Origin: an uncultured Eubacteriales bacterium
Lineage (GTDB): Bacteria; Bacillota; Clostridia; Oscillospirales; CAG-272
Length of the DNA: 64,000 bases
Direction of reading: 5' to 3'
NCBI GenBank assembly: GCA_934467415.1
Contig: CAKSLQ010000003.1
Span: 5,951 to 69,950 of the forward strand
Under the pieces are notes generated by a model that was given only the letters and a program-made list of their open reading frames with translations, searched no databases and was not told the DNA's origin. The position numbers were made by a program, and so were the translations under genes. Of the stretch, positions 44,976 to 55,853 are shown in pieces; the first letter of the stretch is position 1, and each line of letters begins with the position of its first letter.

Positions 44976-46214
44976 TCAGTCATCCTGCTTCGGACAGTAG
45001 GTCCTGTATTTTTTGTAGAAGCGTCTGCCGTGCTCGATCAGATACAGAATGCGCATCGGGTTGCGCACCACATCCCAGGCGTACCACATCGAGGAGGACT
45101 CCTTCTTCTGGCGGGACAGGCGCTTGGCCTCGGGCACGACCTTTTTGCTTGCGTACTTGTAGATGACGCCGCGCGGCACATAGTGCCAGAAATGCGGCTC
45201 GCTTGCCTCGGCATACGGAATGTCGCGGCAGAGGACGTAGTCCTCGATCAGGTATTTGGCGATGTTCAGCCCCGAGGACGTGATATAGTAGTTGCTTCTG
45301 CCTTGCCGCAGATTGATCTCAAAGACGTTCAGCGTGCCGTCGCGGTCGTCGTACTTGATGTCGAAGTTGGCAAATCCGCGGTAGCCGATGGCCTCGAGCA
45401 GCGCGCGGAATTTAGCGGTCAGCTCGGGGTTGTACTCGGTGATGATGGCGGCGTGATTGCCCAGCCCCTTCGGCGTATGCTCCTCCAGCAGCACATGGCC
45501 GAGGCACATCATCTTCACCTTGCCGTCCTTGCCGACATAGGCGGTCAGGACGCGCATGTTGGCGTCCGTACCCTCGATCCGGTCCTGCAAAATCATCCGT
45601 TCGGTATACCCCGCGTTGTAGATCTCGGCGACAATCTGCGCCGCCTCGGCGGGCGTGTCTGCCGTGTAGACCTTCTTCATGCCGTCAAAGGGGTGATGCC
45701 AGTAGTCGATGCTGGACGACGGCTTGACGATGATCGGATAGGCAAAGCCGAGCTTGTCCGCGGTGAGCGTATCCGCCTCGGCGGGTGCGTCCAGCACCAC
45801 CGTCTTCGGGTGACGGATGCCGTACTTGTCGCACATCGTATAGAAATCCGCCTTGTCCGCCAGCTTCTGCATCAGATCCGCATGGATGTAGGGGATGATG
45901 TAGCGATCCTCCAGCTCCTCGCGGTGGCGGATGAGCAGCGCGGCGTATTCGTCGGTGCAGCCGAGTGCGATCAGCGTCGCGTCGCCGTGCCTCGAGGCAA
46001 AGTCGGCCATCGCCAGCATGAAGGTGTCATCCTGGTTCAGGTTCTCCACGCGGTGGAATTTCACAATCGAGGTGTGCTGCGTGATGCCGATGGCATAGCG
46101 CCCCATCGCGTGCGAGACAAGGCCATAGGCCTCGTGAAATGCACGCGCGACGTTATAGCAGTTCTGATCCGCGCCGATCAGCACGGGAATGACATTCAGA
46201 TTCAAGTCTTCCAT
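44976..46214 (-). CDS. ATP-grasp carboxylate-amine ligase, candidate D-aspartate ligase
   Basis: 412 aa. ATP-grasp signature FEINLRQGRS (E-x-N-x-R) and IVKPSSS. Sits between asnB and an aspartate racemase/murE pair. The function is inferred from context. Confidence 0.65.
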   Translation of the reverse strand: MEDLNLNVIPVLIGADQNCYNVARAFHEAYGLVSHAMGRYAIGITQHTSIVKFHRVENLNQDDTFMLAMADFASRHGDATLIALGCTDEYAALLIRHREELEDRYIIPYIHADLMQKLADKADFYTMCDKYGIRHPKTVVLDAPAEADTLTADKLGFAYPIIVKPSSSIDYWHHPFDGMKKVYTADTPAEAAQIVAEIYNAGYTERMILQDRIEGTDANMRVLTAYVGKDGKVKMMCLGHVLLEEHTPKGLGNHAAIITEYNPELTAKFRALLEAIGYRGFANFDIKYDDRDGTLNVFEINLRQGRSNYYITSSGLNIAKYLIEDYVLCRDIPYAEASEPHFWHYVPRGVIYKYASKKVVPEAKRLSRQKKESSSMWYAWDVVRNPMRILYLIEHGRRFYKKYRTYCPKQDD

Positions 46215-46235
46215 AATACTATCCTTACCCCGAAC

Positions 46236-48092
46236 TCAGTTGTAGACCGGTAAAATAAAGTCGATGAAAAAGCGCTTGTACCAGACGAGGAAGGTGAAGA
46301 CCGTCCAGATCTTGCGGCCGTTGTTGGCCTTGCCCGCCACATGGTCGTCGAGCAGACGGATCAGCGCGTCGGTGTCGAAGAATTCGGACGCAAACGCGCT
46401 CTCGAAATAGCGGCGCACGAGCTGCGCGTATTTCTCCTCGCGCAGCCACAGGCGGATCGGCACGGGGAAGCCCTTCTTCTTGCGGTTGGCCCATTCGTCG
46501 GGCAGCGTGCGGTTGGCCGCGTGGCGCAGGATATACTTCGTGTTTTCCTTGGTGATCTTGTACTTCGCGGGGATCTTCTCGGCCATCTTCATGACTTCCT
46601 TGTCGAGGAAGGGCACACGCAGCTCGAGCGAGTGCGCCATGCTCATCTTGTCCGCCTTGAGCAGGATGTCGCCCGGCAGCCAGAGCATCAGGTCGAGGTA
46701 TTGCTTCTTGGTCAGCTCGTCGCGCCCCTTGACGCGCGCATAGATCCTGCCCGTGATGTCGCGGACGCGCTCGCCGTTTTTGTATTCGTCGCGCAGAACG
46801 GACTTGGCTTCCTTTTCGGGGAAGACCAGCGCCTGCCCGACGAAGTAGTCCTCGGGGCGTCCGCTTGCCTTGATGATGAAGTCGTGCCCCTTGAAGTAGG
46901 GCAGCGCCCGCGCCGCCCGCGCGGCGGCAATGCGCAGAAACTGCGGCAGCTTCTTGTATTTCCGCATCATCGGCGTCTCGTCGTACCACTCGTAGCCCGC
47001 GAAGATCTCGTCCGCGCCCTCGCCGGAGAGCACGACGGTGACGTCCTCGGCCGCCAGCTTCGCGAGGAAGTAGAGCGGCACGCTCGACGGATTGGACTGC
47101 GGCTCGTCCATGTGATACTGGATGGTCGGAAAGGCCTCGAAGCACTCGTCCGCCGAAATCATGCGGCGCACGTTTTTGATCCCGAGCCTGCGCGACAGCT
47201 CCGCGGCCTCGCTCGTCTCGTTGAATTTCTCATGCTCACCCTCAAAGCCGACCGAGAAGGTCTCCTCCGGCATGAGGCAGGCGGTGATATAGCTGGAGTC
47301 CACGCCGCCCGAGAGGAACGAGCCGACCGGCACATCGCTGATACGGTGCGCCTCGACCGATTCGTGGACGACGCGGTCCAGCTCCTCGGAATAGGCCTCG
47401 AAGTCGCCGTCCTTCGCCTCAAAATCCACGTCCCAGTAGCGCTCGGTGTAAAACTCGCCGTCCTTCCACGTAAAGAAATGCGCGGGCAGCAGCTTGTACA
47501 CGCCGGCAAAGAAGGTCTCCTCGGTCGCGCTGTACTGGAAGGTCAGATAGGGCAGAAGCGCATTCTTATTGACGGCGCGCTCAAAGTGCGGGTGCGCCAG
47601 CATGCTCTTGATCTCGGAGGCGAAGATGAATTCGCCGTCCTTCGTCGTGGTGTAATACATGGGCTTGATGCCGAACATGTCGCGCGCGCCGAACAGCTTT
47701 TTTTTCTTCGTGTCCCAGATGACAAAGGCGAACATGCCGCGCAGCTTCTTCATAAGCGCCGGGCCGCCGTACTGCTCGTAGCCGTGCAGCAGCACCTCGG
47801 AGTCGCAGTGCGTGGCAAAGGTGTGCCCCGCCGCGATCAGCTCCTCGCGCAGGGACTGAAAGTTGTAGATTTCGCCGTTGTAGACCAGCACAAGGCTCTT
47901 GTCCTCGTTGTACATCGGCTGAGAGCCGTCCGCAAGGTCGATGATGCTCAGGCGGCGGAAGCCGAGCGCCATGTCCGCATCGGTGTATGCGCCCGCGCTG
48001 TTCGGCCCGCGATGGACAATCAGATCGGTCATGTTTTGAACGATCTCACGCTTATATTCGATTTTTCCGGAAAACCCGACGATACCGCACAT
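46236..48092 (-). CDS. asnB: asparagine synthase (glutamine-hydrolysing), AsnB family
   Basis: 618 aa. N-terminal MCGIVGF nucleophile and PP-loop FLSGGVDSS. Confidence 0.95.
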   Translation of the reverse strand: MCGIVGFSGKIEYKREIVQNMTDLIVHRGPNSAGAYTDADMALGFRRLSIIDLADGSQPMYNEDKSLVLVYNGEIYNFQSLREELIAAGHTFATHCDSEVLLHGYEQYGGPALMKKLRGMFAFVIWDTKKKKLFGARDMFGIKPMYYTTTKDGEFIFASEIKSMLAHPHFERAVNKNALLPYLTFQYSATEETFFAGVYKLLPAHFFTWKDGEFYTERYWDVDFEAKDGDFEAYSEELDRVVHESVEAHRISDVPVGSFLSGGVDSSYITACLMPEETFSVGFEGEHEKFNETSEAAELSRRLGIKNVRRMISADECFEAFPTIQYHMDEPQSNPSSVPLYFLAKLAAEDVTVVLSGEGADEIFAGYEWYDETPMMRKYKKLPQFLRIAAARAARALPYFKGHDFIIKASGRPEDYFVGQALVFPEKEAKSVLRDEYKNGERVRDITGRIYARVKGRDELTKKQYLDLMLWLPGDILLKADKMSMAHSLELRVPFLDKEVMKMAEKIPAKYKITKENTKYILRHAANRTLPDEWANRKKKGFPVPIRLWLREEKYAQLVRRYFESAFASEFFDTDALIRLLDDHVAGKANNGRKIWTVFTFLVWYKRFFIDFILPVYN

Positions 48093-48133
48093 AGCAAAAT
48101 CCCCGTTTTTGAAAAAGTTTCTTTAACTAATAT

Positions 48134-48162
48134 AGTATACCATATCAAGGCCGGACAATCAA
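48134..48162 (-). promoter_or_regulatory. sigma-A-type promoter of the asnB operon
   Basis: On the minus strand: TTGATT, 17-nt spacer, TATACT with an extended -10 TGg. Confidence 0.55.
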
Positions 48163-48225
48163 GACGCGCGGCGGTTCTTTTTTGCGGGCGGCGCAAAACT
48201 TTTTTCGGAAAATTTGCAAAAGGAC

Positions 48226-48254
48226 TTGACAACCGGCCTCCCGATTCGTATAAT
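48226..48254 (+). promoter_or_regulatory. sigma-A-type promoter of the tRNA-Leu locus
   Basis: TTGACA (48226-48231), 17-nt spacer, TATAAT (48249-48254). Confidence 0.65.
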
Positions 48255-48312
48255 ATAAAAGTGCTTGACAGCAAGTCAGATGCATCCCTCAGTATGACAT
48301 CTTGCAGCATTT

Positions 48313-48397
48313 GCGAGAGTGGCGGAACTGGCAGACGCGCACGTTTGAGGGGCGTGTGGATTTCTCCGTACGGGTTCAAGTCCCGTTTCTCGCACCA
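48313..48397 (+). tRNA. tRNA-Leu (anticodon GAG)
   Basis: Class II tRNA with a long variable arm. Acceptor gcgagag/ttctcgc, anticodon stem-loop cacgt-ttGAGgg-gcgtg, encoded CCA. Confidence 0.85.
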
Positions 48398-48442
48398 GGG
48401 CAGGCATCTGCTTGCCCTTTCTTTTGAAAACCGGAGGTCGGA

Positions 48443-48697
48443 ATGCGTACGTTCTTTGCGCTCAGCTTCAAGGGCAAGAGCCTGAAATGCGTGATTCTCG
48501 AGTCTCTTTTATATGCCTTGATCCTGGTTGCGGTCCGGGTGCTGACGTCCCTCCTTTTGGGAATTGGCTCTCTGCCCGGGGCGGCAAGCGTCGCGGTCAA
48601 CCTGATCTGGCAGATCGTCCGTCTCTACTGCGTCGCGGGCATCGCCGTTGCCGTGCTTTACGCAACCGACTGCCTTGAGAAAAAGAAAGAGGACTGA
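48443..48697 (+). CDS. hypothetical small membrane protein (84 aa)
   Basis: GGAGG 6 nt upstream of the ATG. Two hydrophobic helices (ILESLLYALILVAVRVLTSLLLGI, LYCVAGIAVAVLY). Lies between two tRNA-Leu genes. Confidence 0.5.
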   Translation: MRTFFALSFKGKSLKCVILESLLYALILVAVRVLTSLLLGIGSLPGAASVAVNLIWQIVRLYCVAGIAVAVLYATDCLEKKKED

Positions 48698-48740
48698 CGG
48701 TTTATAAAAATAATTTCGCAGCAATGCGTGATTATCATAT

Positions 48741-48827
48741 GCGGGTGTGGCGGAATTGGCAGACGCGTAAGATTCAGGTTCTTATGGGGGCAACTTCGTG
48801 AAGGTTCAAGTCCTTTCACCCGCACCA
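48741..48827 (+). tRNA. tRNA-Leu (anticodon CAG)
   Basis: Acceptor gcgggtg/cacccgc, anticodon stem-loop taaga-ttCAGgt-tctta, long variable arm, encoded CCA. Confidence 0.9.
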
Positions 48828-48862
48828 AAAAACAAGGTATCCGTTCGGATACCTTGTTTTTT
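48827..48862 (+). terminator. rho-independent terminator
   Basis: caaggtatcc-gttc-ggataccttg followed by tttttt. Confidence 0.9.
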
Positions 48863-49000
48863 GCTTTGACGATGGAAAAGGACTTGAAGGGCGCGTGGTG
48901 AATGACTTGCCGGTGGCAAGTCAGAGCGAGCCACCGCCCGTCCGCAGACGGGCAAGTCCGCATCCCGCGCCGCGATGTCCTTCTACCCCCGAAACGATGA

Positions 49001-49040
49001 AAACAAAAGAAGACCGCCATCCGGCGGTCTTCTTTTGTTT
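49001..49040. terminator. bidirectional rho-independent terminator
   Basis: aaaa-gaagaccgcc-atcc-ggcggtcttc-tttt. Abuts the 3' end of the minus-strand tRNA. Confidence 0.85.
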
Positions 49041-49117
49041 TGGTGGACCATCAAGGGCTCGAACCTTGGACCGGCCGGTTATGAGCCGGCTGCTCTGACC
49101 AACTGAGCTAATGGTCC
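49041..49117 (-). tRNA. tRNA with anticodon CAT (elongator Met or lysidine-modified Ile2)
   Basis: Reverse complement is ggaccat ta gctc agttggtca gagc a gccgg ctCATaa ccggc cggtc caagg ttcgagc ccttg atggtcc a cca. The 1:72 pair is Watson-Crick, so it is not an initiator. The anticodon arm resembles tRNA-Ile2 as I remember it. Confidence 0.85.
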
Positions 49118-49186
49118 TTTTTTTCACATAGGATCATTATACCGATTTTTCTGCATTTTGTCAATAGGGGCGTCAAGAAAAAACGA

Positions 49187-49216
49187 GAAAAGCCGCGGCG
49201 CAATGCGGCTTTTTCC
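49187..49216 (-). terminator. possible terminator after the small membrane-protein gene
   Basis: agccgc-ggcgcaat-gcggct with T/A runs on both sides. Short stem. Confidence 0.45.
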
Positions 49217-49285
49217 AAACGATGCGGGGATGGGGGCAATCAAACGCCCCGGGCGGTGCGGGGGGATGCGCCCGGGCTGCTGCAT

Positions 49286-49486
49286 TTACGGTGCGGGGGG
49301 CTGATGCCCGATGGCGTCGAGGAACAGGAAGGTCAGCCCGATGTATACGGCGAGCGCCGCGGCGGCGAGGATGCAAAGCACCATGCAGACGACGCGCAGT
49401 GTTTTCTGCGCGCGCAGGAAAAGCGCCGCGAGGACCGCGCCTGCGGCAAAGAGGCAAAACAGAATAACGGCAGCTCCGAGTGTCAT
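49286..49486 (-). CDS. hypothetical small membrane protein (66 aa)
   Basis: AAGGAGG 6 nt upstream of the ATG. Two predicted TM helices. Confidence 0.55.
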   Translation of the reverse strand: MTLGAAVILFCLFAAGAVLAALFLRAQKTLRVVCMVLCILAAAALAVYIGLTFLFLDAIGHQPPAP

Positions 49487-49639
49487 GACTTTTCCTCCTT
49501 ATGTATATGCAGTCGGTTTCGGGATACTGCGGACGCTTCGGCGCCGCGCGGATGCGCGCCGTTTGTGCCGAAGACAAGAGGAATTTTTCTTCCTTATATC
49601 CATTATATCGGAATCCGCGCGAAAAAACAAGCATTTGAC

Positions 49640-49670
49640 AAAAAAAGAGCGCCGACCGCAGTCGGCGCTC
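49640..49670 (-). terminator. rho-independent terminator of the M23 peptidase gene
   Basis: On the minus strand: gagcgccgac-tgcg-gtcggcgctc followed by ttttttt. Confidence 0.85.
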
Positions 49671-49693
49671 GGGCGGCGGGACCGATGCATCGT

Positions 49694-50446
49694 TTACTCG
49701 TCGTAGACGATGGTCATGGTGGCCGCCGAAATATAGTCGAGCGGGTTGACGCTCTCGCCGCCGACGCGCAGGGCAAAGTGCAGATGCGGCTCTTCGGCGA
49801 CCTCGATCAGCGCACTGTCGCCCACCGCGCCCAGCACCTCGCCGCTCTTCACCGTGTCGCCCACCGAGACGGCCACGTCTGCGGCAAGGTTCTGATAGAT
49901 GCTCTCGGCGTCGCCGTCGTGGCGGACGACCACCGTCGTGCCCATCATCGGGTGTGCGAAGACCTCGGTGACAATGCCGTCGGCCGCCGCCATCACGCCC
50001 TCGCCCACACCTGCGCAGATGTCAATGCCGTCGTGCGTGCGGTAGTCCTCCATCGTATTCGACCAGACCAGCGCCTCGACCGTGTAGCCCTTCGACACAT
50101 TGCCGATGGTCGGCATAATGAAGACCGGGAGGCTCGGCACGGGCGCGTCCGCCTCGGCTGCGTTGCGCGCGGTCTGCGTCGTCCCGGCGGGGGCGGTGGT
50201 GGATGCGGGCGCCGTCGTGCCGGTGTTCGGCCGCACGGGCGAGGTGATCACAGGCAGGCGCGCCGTGGTCTGCACGGTCTGCGTGGTCGTCTTCGTGGCG
50301 GGGACGGTCTCGGCCGGTTTATTCCGCTTGCCGGCCGCCGTGGTCAGCCCGACGGCGACCGCCATGATGCAGAGGACAAGAATGACCGTCATGTATAAGA
50401 CCTGCGCGGTCTTCTGCTCGCTTTTCTTTTGTTCCTTTTGTTCCAT
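49694..50446 (-). CDS. M23 family (LytM-type) metallopeptidase, membrane-anchored
   Basis: 250 aa with N-terminal TM and Thr/Pro-rich linker. HDGIDI and HLHFAL motifs of peptidase M23. Confidence 0.9.
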   Translation of the reverse strand: MEQKEQKKSEQKTAQVLYMTVILVLCIMAVAVGLTTAAGKRNKPAETVPATKTTTQTVQTTARLPVITSPVRPNTGTTAPASTTAPAGTTQTARNAAEADAPVPSLPVFIMPTIGNVSKGYTVEALVWSNTMEDYRTHDGIDICAGVGEGVMAAADGIVTEVFAHPMMGTTVVVRHDGDAESIYQNLAADVAVSVGDTVKSGEVLGAVGDSALIEVAEEPHLHFALRVGGESVNPLDYISAATMTIVYDE

Positions 50447-50598
50447 TTTCGTGATCCTTTCGCATGAAGTTATTCCTATTTTGGTCCGACCGGCCGTGTT
50501 TTATGCGTATGCCGTCGGCAAAAGCCCGAATTTAGCACACGATTTGCTTGTTTGCAAAAACTTCACAAAGATTTCACGGAAAAAATCGCAGAAACCCC

Positions 50599-50627
50599 TT
50601 GACAAAATCGTCGGACGGTGGTACATT
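50599..50627 (+). promoter_or_regulatory. sigma-A-type promoter of the hrcA operon
   Basis: TTGACA (50599-50604), 17-nt spacer, TACATT (50622-50627). The CIRCE element lies immediately downstream. Confidence 0.6.
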
Positions 50628-50638
50628 TGAATCATGAA

Positions 50639-50665
50639 TTAGCACTCACTTGTGTCAAGTGCTAA
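50639..50665 (+). promoter_or_regulatory. CIRCE operator (HrcA binding site)
   Basis: TTAGCACTC-acttgtgtc-AAGTGCTAA versus the consensus TTAGCACTC-N9-GAGTGCTAA (one mismatch). Confidence 0.9.
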
Positions 50666-50691
50666 AATCACAGCGGAAAGGAGCGGGAAAC

Positions 50692-51756
50692 ATGGAAAGC
50701 GGACTCAGCCGCCGGAAGGAGCAGATCCTGCGCGCGGTCGTCGAGGCGTATGTCAAGGGCGGCGAGCCGGTCGGCTCGAAATACATTGCCGAGAGCCGGA
50801 TGCCCAACTGTTCGCCCGCGACCATCCGCAACGAGATGGCCGAGCTGGAAGCGCTCGGGTATCTCGAGCAGCCGCACACCTCGGCGGGGCGCATCCCCAG
50901 CGAGCGCGGCTATCGGTTTTACGTCGATTGTCTTTCCGAAGAATATAAGAAGACAAAGGCCGAGACCGACTTCATGGCGGAGGCGCTGCGGGGAAAGCGG
51001 CACGAGCTTGACAAGATTCTTGCCGAGGCGTCGCGGCTTGCCGGCAACATGACCAACTACACGGCGATCGCGGTCCGCCCGCGCGCCGATATGACCAAGA
51101 TCATCCGCTTTGAGGTCATGTACTACGACAGCAAGAACCTGGTGCTTGTGATGCTCTCGTCGTCGGGCGCGGCGCGGACGAAGAATCTGCGGCTGCCGTT
51201 CGATGTGCTGCCCGCCCAGGCGGCGCAGCTGGCGGCGGTGCTCAACAAGTACATTGCGGGGCACACCCCCGAGGAGATCACGCTTCCCGTGATGATGCAC
51301 GCGGAGGAAGAGATGGGCAGCCGGGCGGCGCTGCTCTCCATCGCCATGAAGGAGATCTTCGGCGGCATGGAGGAGCAGGGCGGCGGCACGCTTGCCGTGG
51401 ACGGCGTGGAGCGCCTCCTGGAATATCCCGAGTATGCGGACATCGGCAAGCTGCGCGGTCTGCTCGGCGCGATCGAGCAGAAGGAAGGCATCCTCGATAC
51501 GATCTCGCAGATCGACGGCGACGATCTCGGCGTCGTGATCGGCAAAGAGAACAGCGAGGAGACCCTGAGCGATACGACCATGGTCGTCAAGAAGATCAAG
51601 AAGAACGGCAAGGTCGTCGGCGCGATCGGGATCATCGGCCCCTGCCGCATGGATTATGCCAAGGTCATGCCGATCGTCAGCGCGCTGGCCGAAAGCGTCG
51701 GTGCGGTGCTGAGCGACGAGCGGCAGATGCTTGAGGGTCCGAAGAACAAAGAATGA
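50692..51756 (+). CDS. hrcA: heat-inducible transcription repressor HrcA
   Basis: Trimmed to ATG 50692 (AAAGGAG upstream). RKEQILRAVVEAYVKGGEPVGSKYI N terminus. Operon context. Confidence 0.95.
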   Translation: MESGLSRRKEQILRAVVEAYVKGGEPVGSKYIAESRMPNCSPATIRNEMAELEALGYLEQPHTSAGRIPSERGYRFYVDCLSEEYKKTKAETDFMAEALRGKRHELDKILAEASRLAGNMTNYTAIAVRPRADMTKIIRFEVMYYDSKNLVLVMLSSSGAARTKNLRLPFDVLPAQAAQLAAVLNKYIAGHTPEEITLPVMMHAEEEMGSRAALLSIAMKEIFGGMEEQGGGTLAVDGVERLLEYPEYADIGKLRGLLGAIEQKEGILDTISQIDGDDLGVVIGKENSEETLSDTTMVVKKIKKNGKVVGAIGIIGPCRMDYAKVMPIVSALAESVGAVLSDERQMLEGPKNKE

Positions 51757-51769
51757 GAGGTAATACGGC

Positions 51770-52336
51770 ATGGCTGAAGAAATAAAGAAGGAAAATACCG
51801 AAGAAGCCGCTCCCGAGGCGGCCGCCGAACCGGAAGAAAAGACCGACGGCAAGGCGAAGAAGAAGGAAAAAAAGCTCGAAAACGAGATTGAGGCGCTGAA
51901 AGCCGAGATCGCGAAGAAGGATGCCGAGGCGAAGGAGCAGAATGAAAAATATCTGCGCGTCGTCGCCGAGTACGACAACTTCCGCAAGCGATCGAAGGCC
52001 GAGCGCGAGAGCGTCTACACCGATGCGTGTGCCGATGTCATCGGCGCGCTGCTCCCGGTGTACGACAACATCGAGCGGGCGGCGGCGTTTGCCGATGCGG
52101 ACGCGGAGAAGCTTGCCGAGGGCGTTCGTCTGACGGCAAAGAGCTTCGCCGACGCGCTGGAAAAGCTGGGCGTCACCGAGATCGAGGCGAAAACCTTTGA
52201 TCCGAGCCTGCACAATGCCGTGATGCATGTGGAGGACGAGACCAAGGGCGACGGCGAGATCGTCGAGGTGTTCCAGAAAGGCTACAAGAAGGGCGACAAA
52301 GTTATCCGCTACGCGATGGTCAAATCAGCAAATTAG
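51770..52336 (+). CDS. grpE: nucleotide exchange factor GrpE
   Basis: 188 aa with acidic/lysine-rich N terminus, coiled coil, RVVAEYDNFRKR motif and C-terminal beta domain. Confidence 0.95.
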   Translation: MAEEIKKENTEEAAPEAAAEPEEKTDGKAKKKEKKLENEIEALKAEIAKKDAEAKEQNEKYLRVVAEYDNFRKRSKAERESVYTDACADVIGALLPVYDNIERAAAFADADAEKLAEGVRLTAKSFADALEKLGVTEIEAKTFDPSLHNAVMHVEDETKGDGEIVEVFQKGYKKGDKVIRYAMVKSAN

Positions 52337-52456
52337 GCGGTGCGCAAAATCGCACGGATGCTTCGTTGCTCCTCACCGCCGAACTCGACGACCGCAAAGG
52401 TCGCCGTCGTCCGCCGGTTGCGGTGCGCCTCGCCCCGCACGATTTTGCATCACCGC
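52337..52456. repeat. hairpin-rich structured insert between grpE and dnaK
   Basis: gcggtgcgcaaaatcg (52337-52352) pairs with cgattttgcatcaccgc (52440-52456) as a 6+9 bp interrupted stem. It encloses cgacgacc-gcaaa-ggtcgccgtcg. A further hairpin ggaaaccttt-cctt-aaaaggtttcc lies near 52524-52548. Confidence 0.65.
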
Positions 52457-52555
52457 GAAAACAGTGAGCGATAGCTTCAAAATAACAACACCCCCTCCCA
52501 TCCGAAAGGTTTGGAAGGGTGCGGGAAACCTTTCCTTAAAAGGTTTCCCGAATAA

Positions 52556-54448
<1,893 letters not shown>

Positions 54449-54464
54449 TCGGGCGTGAAAGGTC

Positions 54465-54636
54465 CCGAGCCGCAGGGCGCGGCTTGCGAAGCAAAACGGC
54501 GGCTTCCCCCTTGGGGGAAGCTGTCGCCGGAGGCGACTGATGAGGGGTAGGGCGCAGCCCGTCTGCAAAGACGGAACGACGCACCCCGGTCGCCCGCCCG
54601 GAATCTGCAAGCGCGGTTTTGCGGCTCGGATTTTTC
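54465..54636. repeat. structured insert between dnaK and dnaJ containing a partial mosaic repeat
   Basis: ccgagccgca (54465-54474) pairs with tgcggctcgg (54620-54629) and is followed by attttt. Inside: gcttccccc-tt-gggggaagc, gtcgcc-gga-ggcgac, then ctgatgagggg and ccgtctgc-aaa-gacgg. Confidence 0.7.
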
Positions 54637-54676
54637 GCGTATTTCGGACAAATTCATTTGAAATAAGAGAAGCACG

Positions 54677-55834
54677 ATGGCAGACAAGAGAGATTATTAT
54701 GAAGTGCTCGGCGTGGACAAAAGCGCCGATGCTTCGACCATAAAAAAAGCATACTATAAGCTCGCCAAGCAGTATCATCCCGATGTCAATCCGGGCGATA
54801 AAGAGGCGGAGAAGAAGTTCAAGGAGATCAACGAGGCCTATGCCGTGCTTTCCGATGCGGACAAAAAGGCGAAGTACGACCAGTACGGCCACGCCGCCTT
54901 TGAAAACGGCGGTGCGGGCGGCGGCTACGGCGCCGGCTTCGAGGGCTTCGACTTCGGCGACATCTTTTCCTCGTTCTTCGGCGGTGGCGACGGCGGCGGC
55001 TTCAGCTTCGGCGGCGGTTTCGGCGGCGGCAGCCGCGCGAACGCACCGATGCGCGGCGAGGATCTGCGCGTGCGCCTGACCATCAGCTTTGAAGAAGCGG
55101 TGCGCGGCTGCAAGAAGGAGATCACCTACGGCCGCGTGCAGCGCTGCGGCGACTGCGGCGGCAGCGGCGCAAAGAAGGGGACCGCGGCCGAGACCTGCAA
55201 GAAGTGCGGCGGCAGCGGTCAGGTCCGTGTCCAGCAGCGCACGGCGTTCGGCATGATGCAGTCCACGCGTCCCTGCGACGCCTGCCGCGGCACGGGCAAG
55301 ACCATCAAGGATCCCTGCCCGAACTGCAGCGGCAAGGGCTATGTCAAGATCAACAAGACGATTGAGATCGCCATCCCCGCGGGCATCGACGACGGGCAGA
55401 GCCTGTCGATCGCCGGGCAGGGCAACGAGGGCAGAAACGGCGGGCCGGCAGGCAACCTCATGGTGCTGATTTCGGTCAAGCCGCATGCGGTCTTTGAGCG
55501 CGAGGGCAGCGACATCTACTGCGAAGTGCCGATCGCCTACTGGGAGGCGGCGCTCGGCGGCGAGATCGACATCCCGACGCTCGAGGGCAAGGAGAAGTAC
55601 ACCGTACCCGAGGGCACGCAGACCGGCACGACCTTCACGCTGCGCGGCCGCGGCATCAAGCGCGTCAACTCGTCGCTGCGCGGCAATCTGTACATCACCG
55701 TCAAGGTGGAGGTGCCGCGCGGGCTGAACGCAAAGCAGAAGGAGCTTCTGAAAGAGCTGGCCGAGAGCTACGGCGACAAGGTGGAGAGCAAGCGGCAGAC
55801 CTTCTTCAAGAAGTTCTCCGATCTCTTCAAATAA
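54677..55834 (+). CDS. dnaJ: molecular chaperone DnaJ (type I Hsp40)
   Basis: 385 aa. J domain with HPD, G/F region, four CxxCxGxG zinc-finger repeats. Confidence 0.98.
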   Translation: MADKRDYYEVLGVDKSADASTIKKAYYKLAKQYHPDVNPGDKEAEKKFKEINEAYAVLSDADKKAKYDQYGHAAFENGGAGGGYGAGFEGFDFGDIFSSFFGGGDGGGFSFGGGFGGGSRANAPMRGEDLRVRLTISFEEAVRGCKKEITYGRVQRCGDCGGSGAKKGTAAETCKKCGGSGQVRVQQRTAFGMMQSTRPCDACRGTGKTIKDPCPNCSGKGYVKINKTIEIAIPAGIDDGQSLSIAGQGNEGRNGGPAGNLMVLISVKPHAVFEREGSDIYCEVPIAYWEAALGGEIDIPTLEGKEKYTVPEGTQTGTTFTLRGRGIKRVNSSLRGNLYITVKVEVPRGLNAKQKELLKELAESYGDKVESKRQTFFKKFSDLFK

Positions 55835-55853
55835 AGGATAAGGAAAGCACGAC

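Noticed and set aside
48265-48300. Second TTGACA just upstream of tRNA-Leu(GAG)
   Set aside because: No acceptable -10 hexamer at 16-18 nt spacing. The promoter at 48226-48254 already accounts for transcription.
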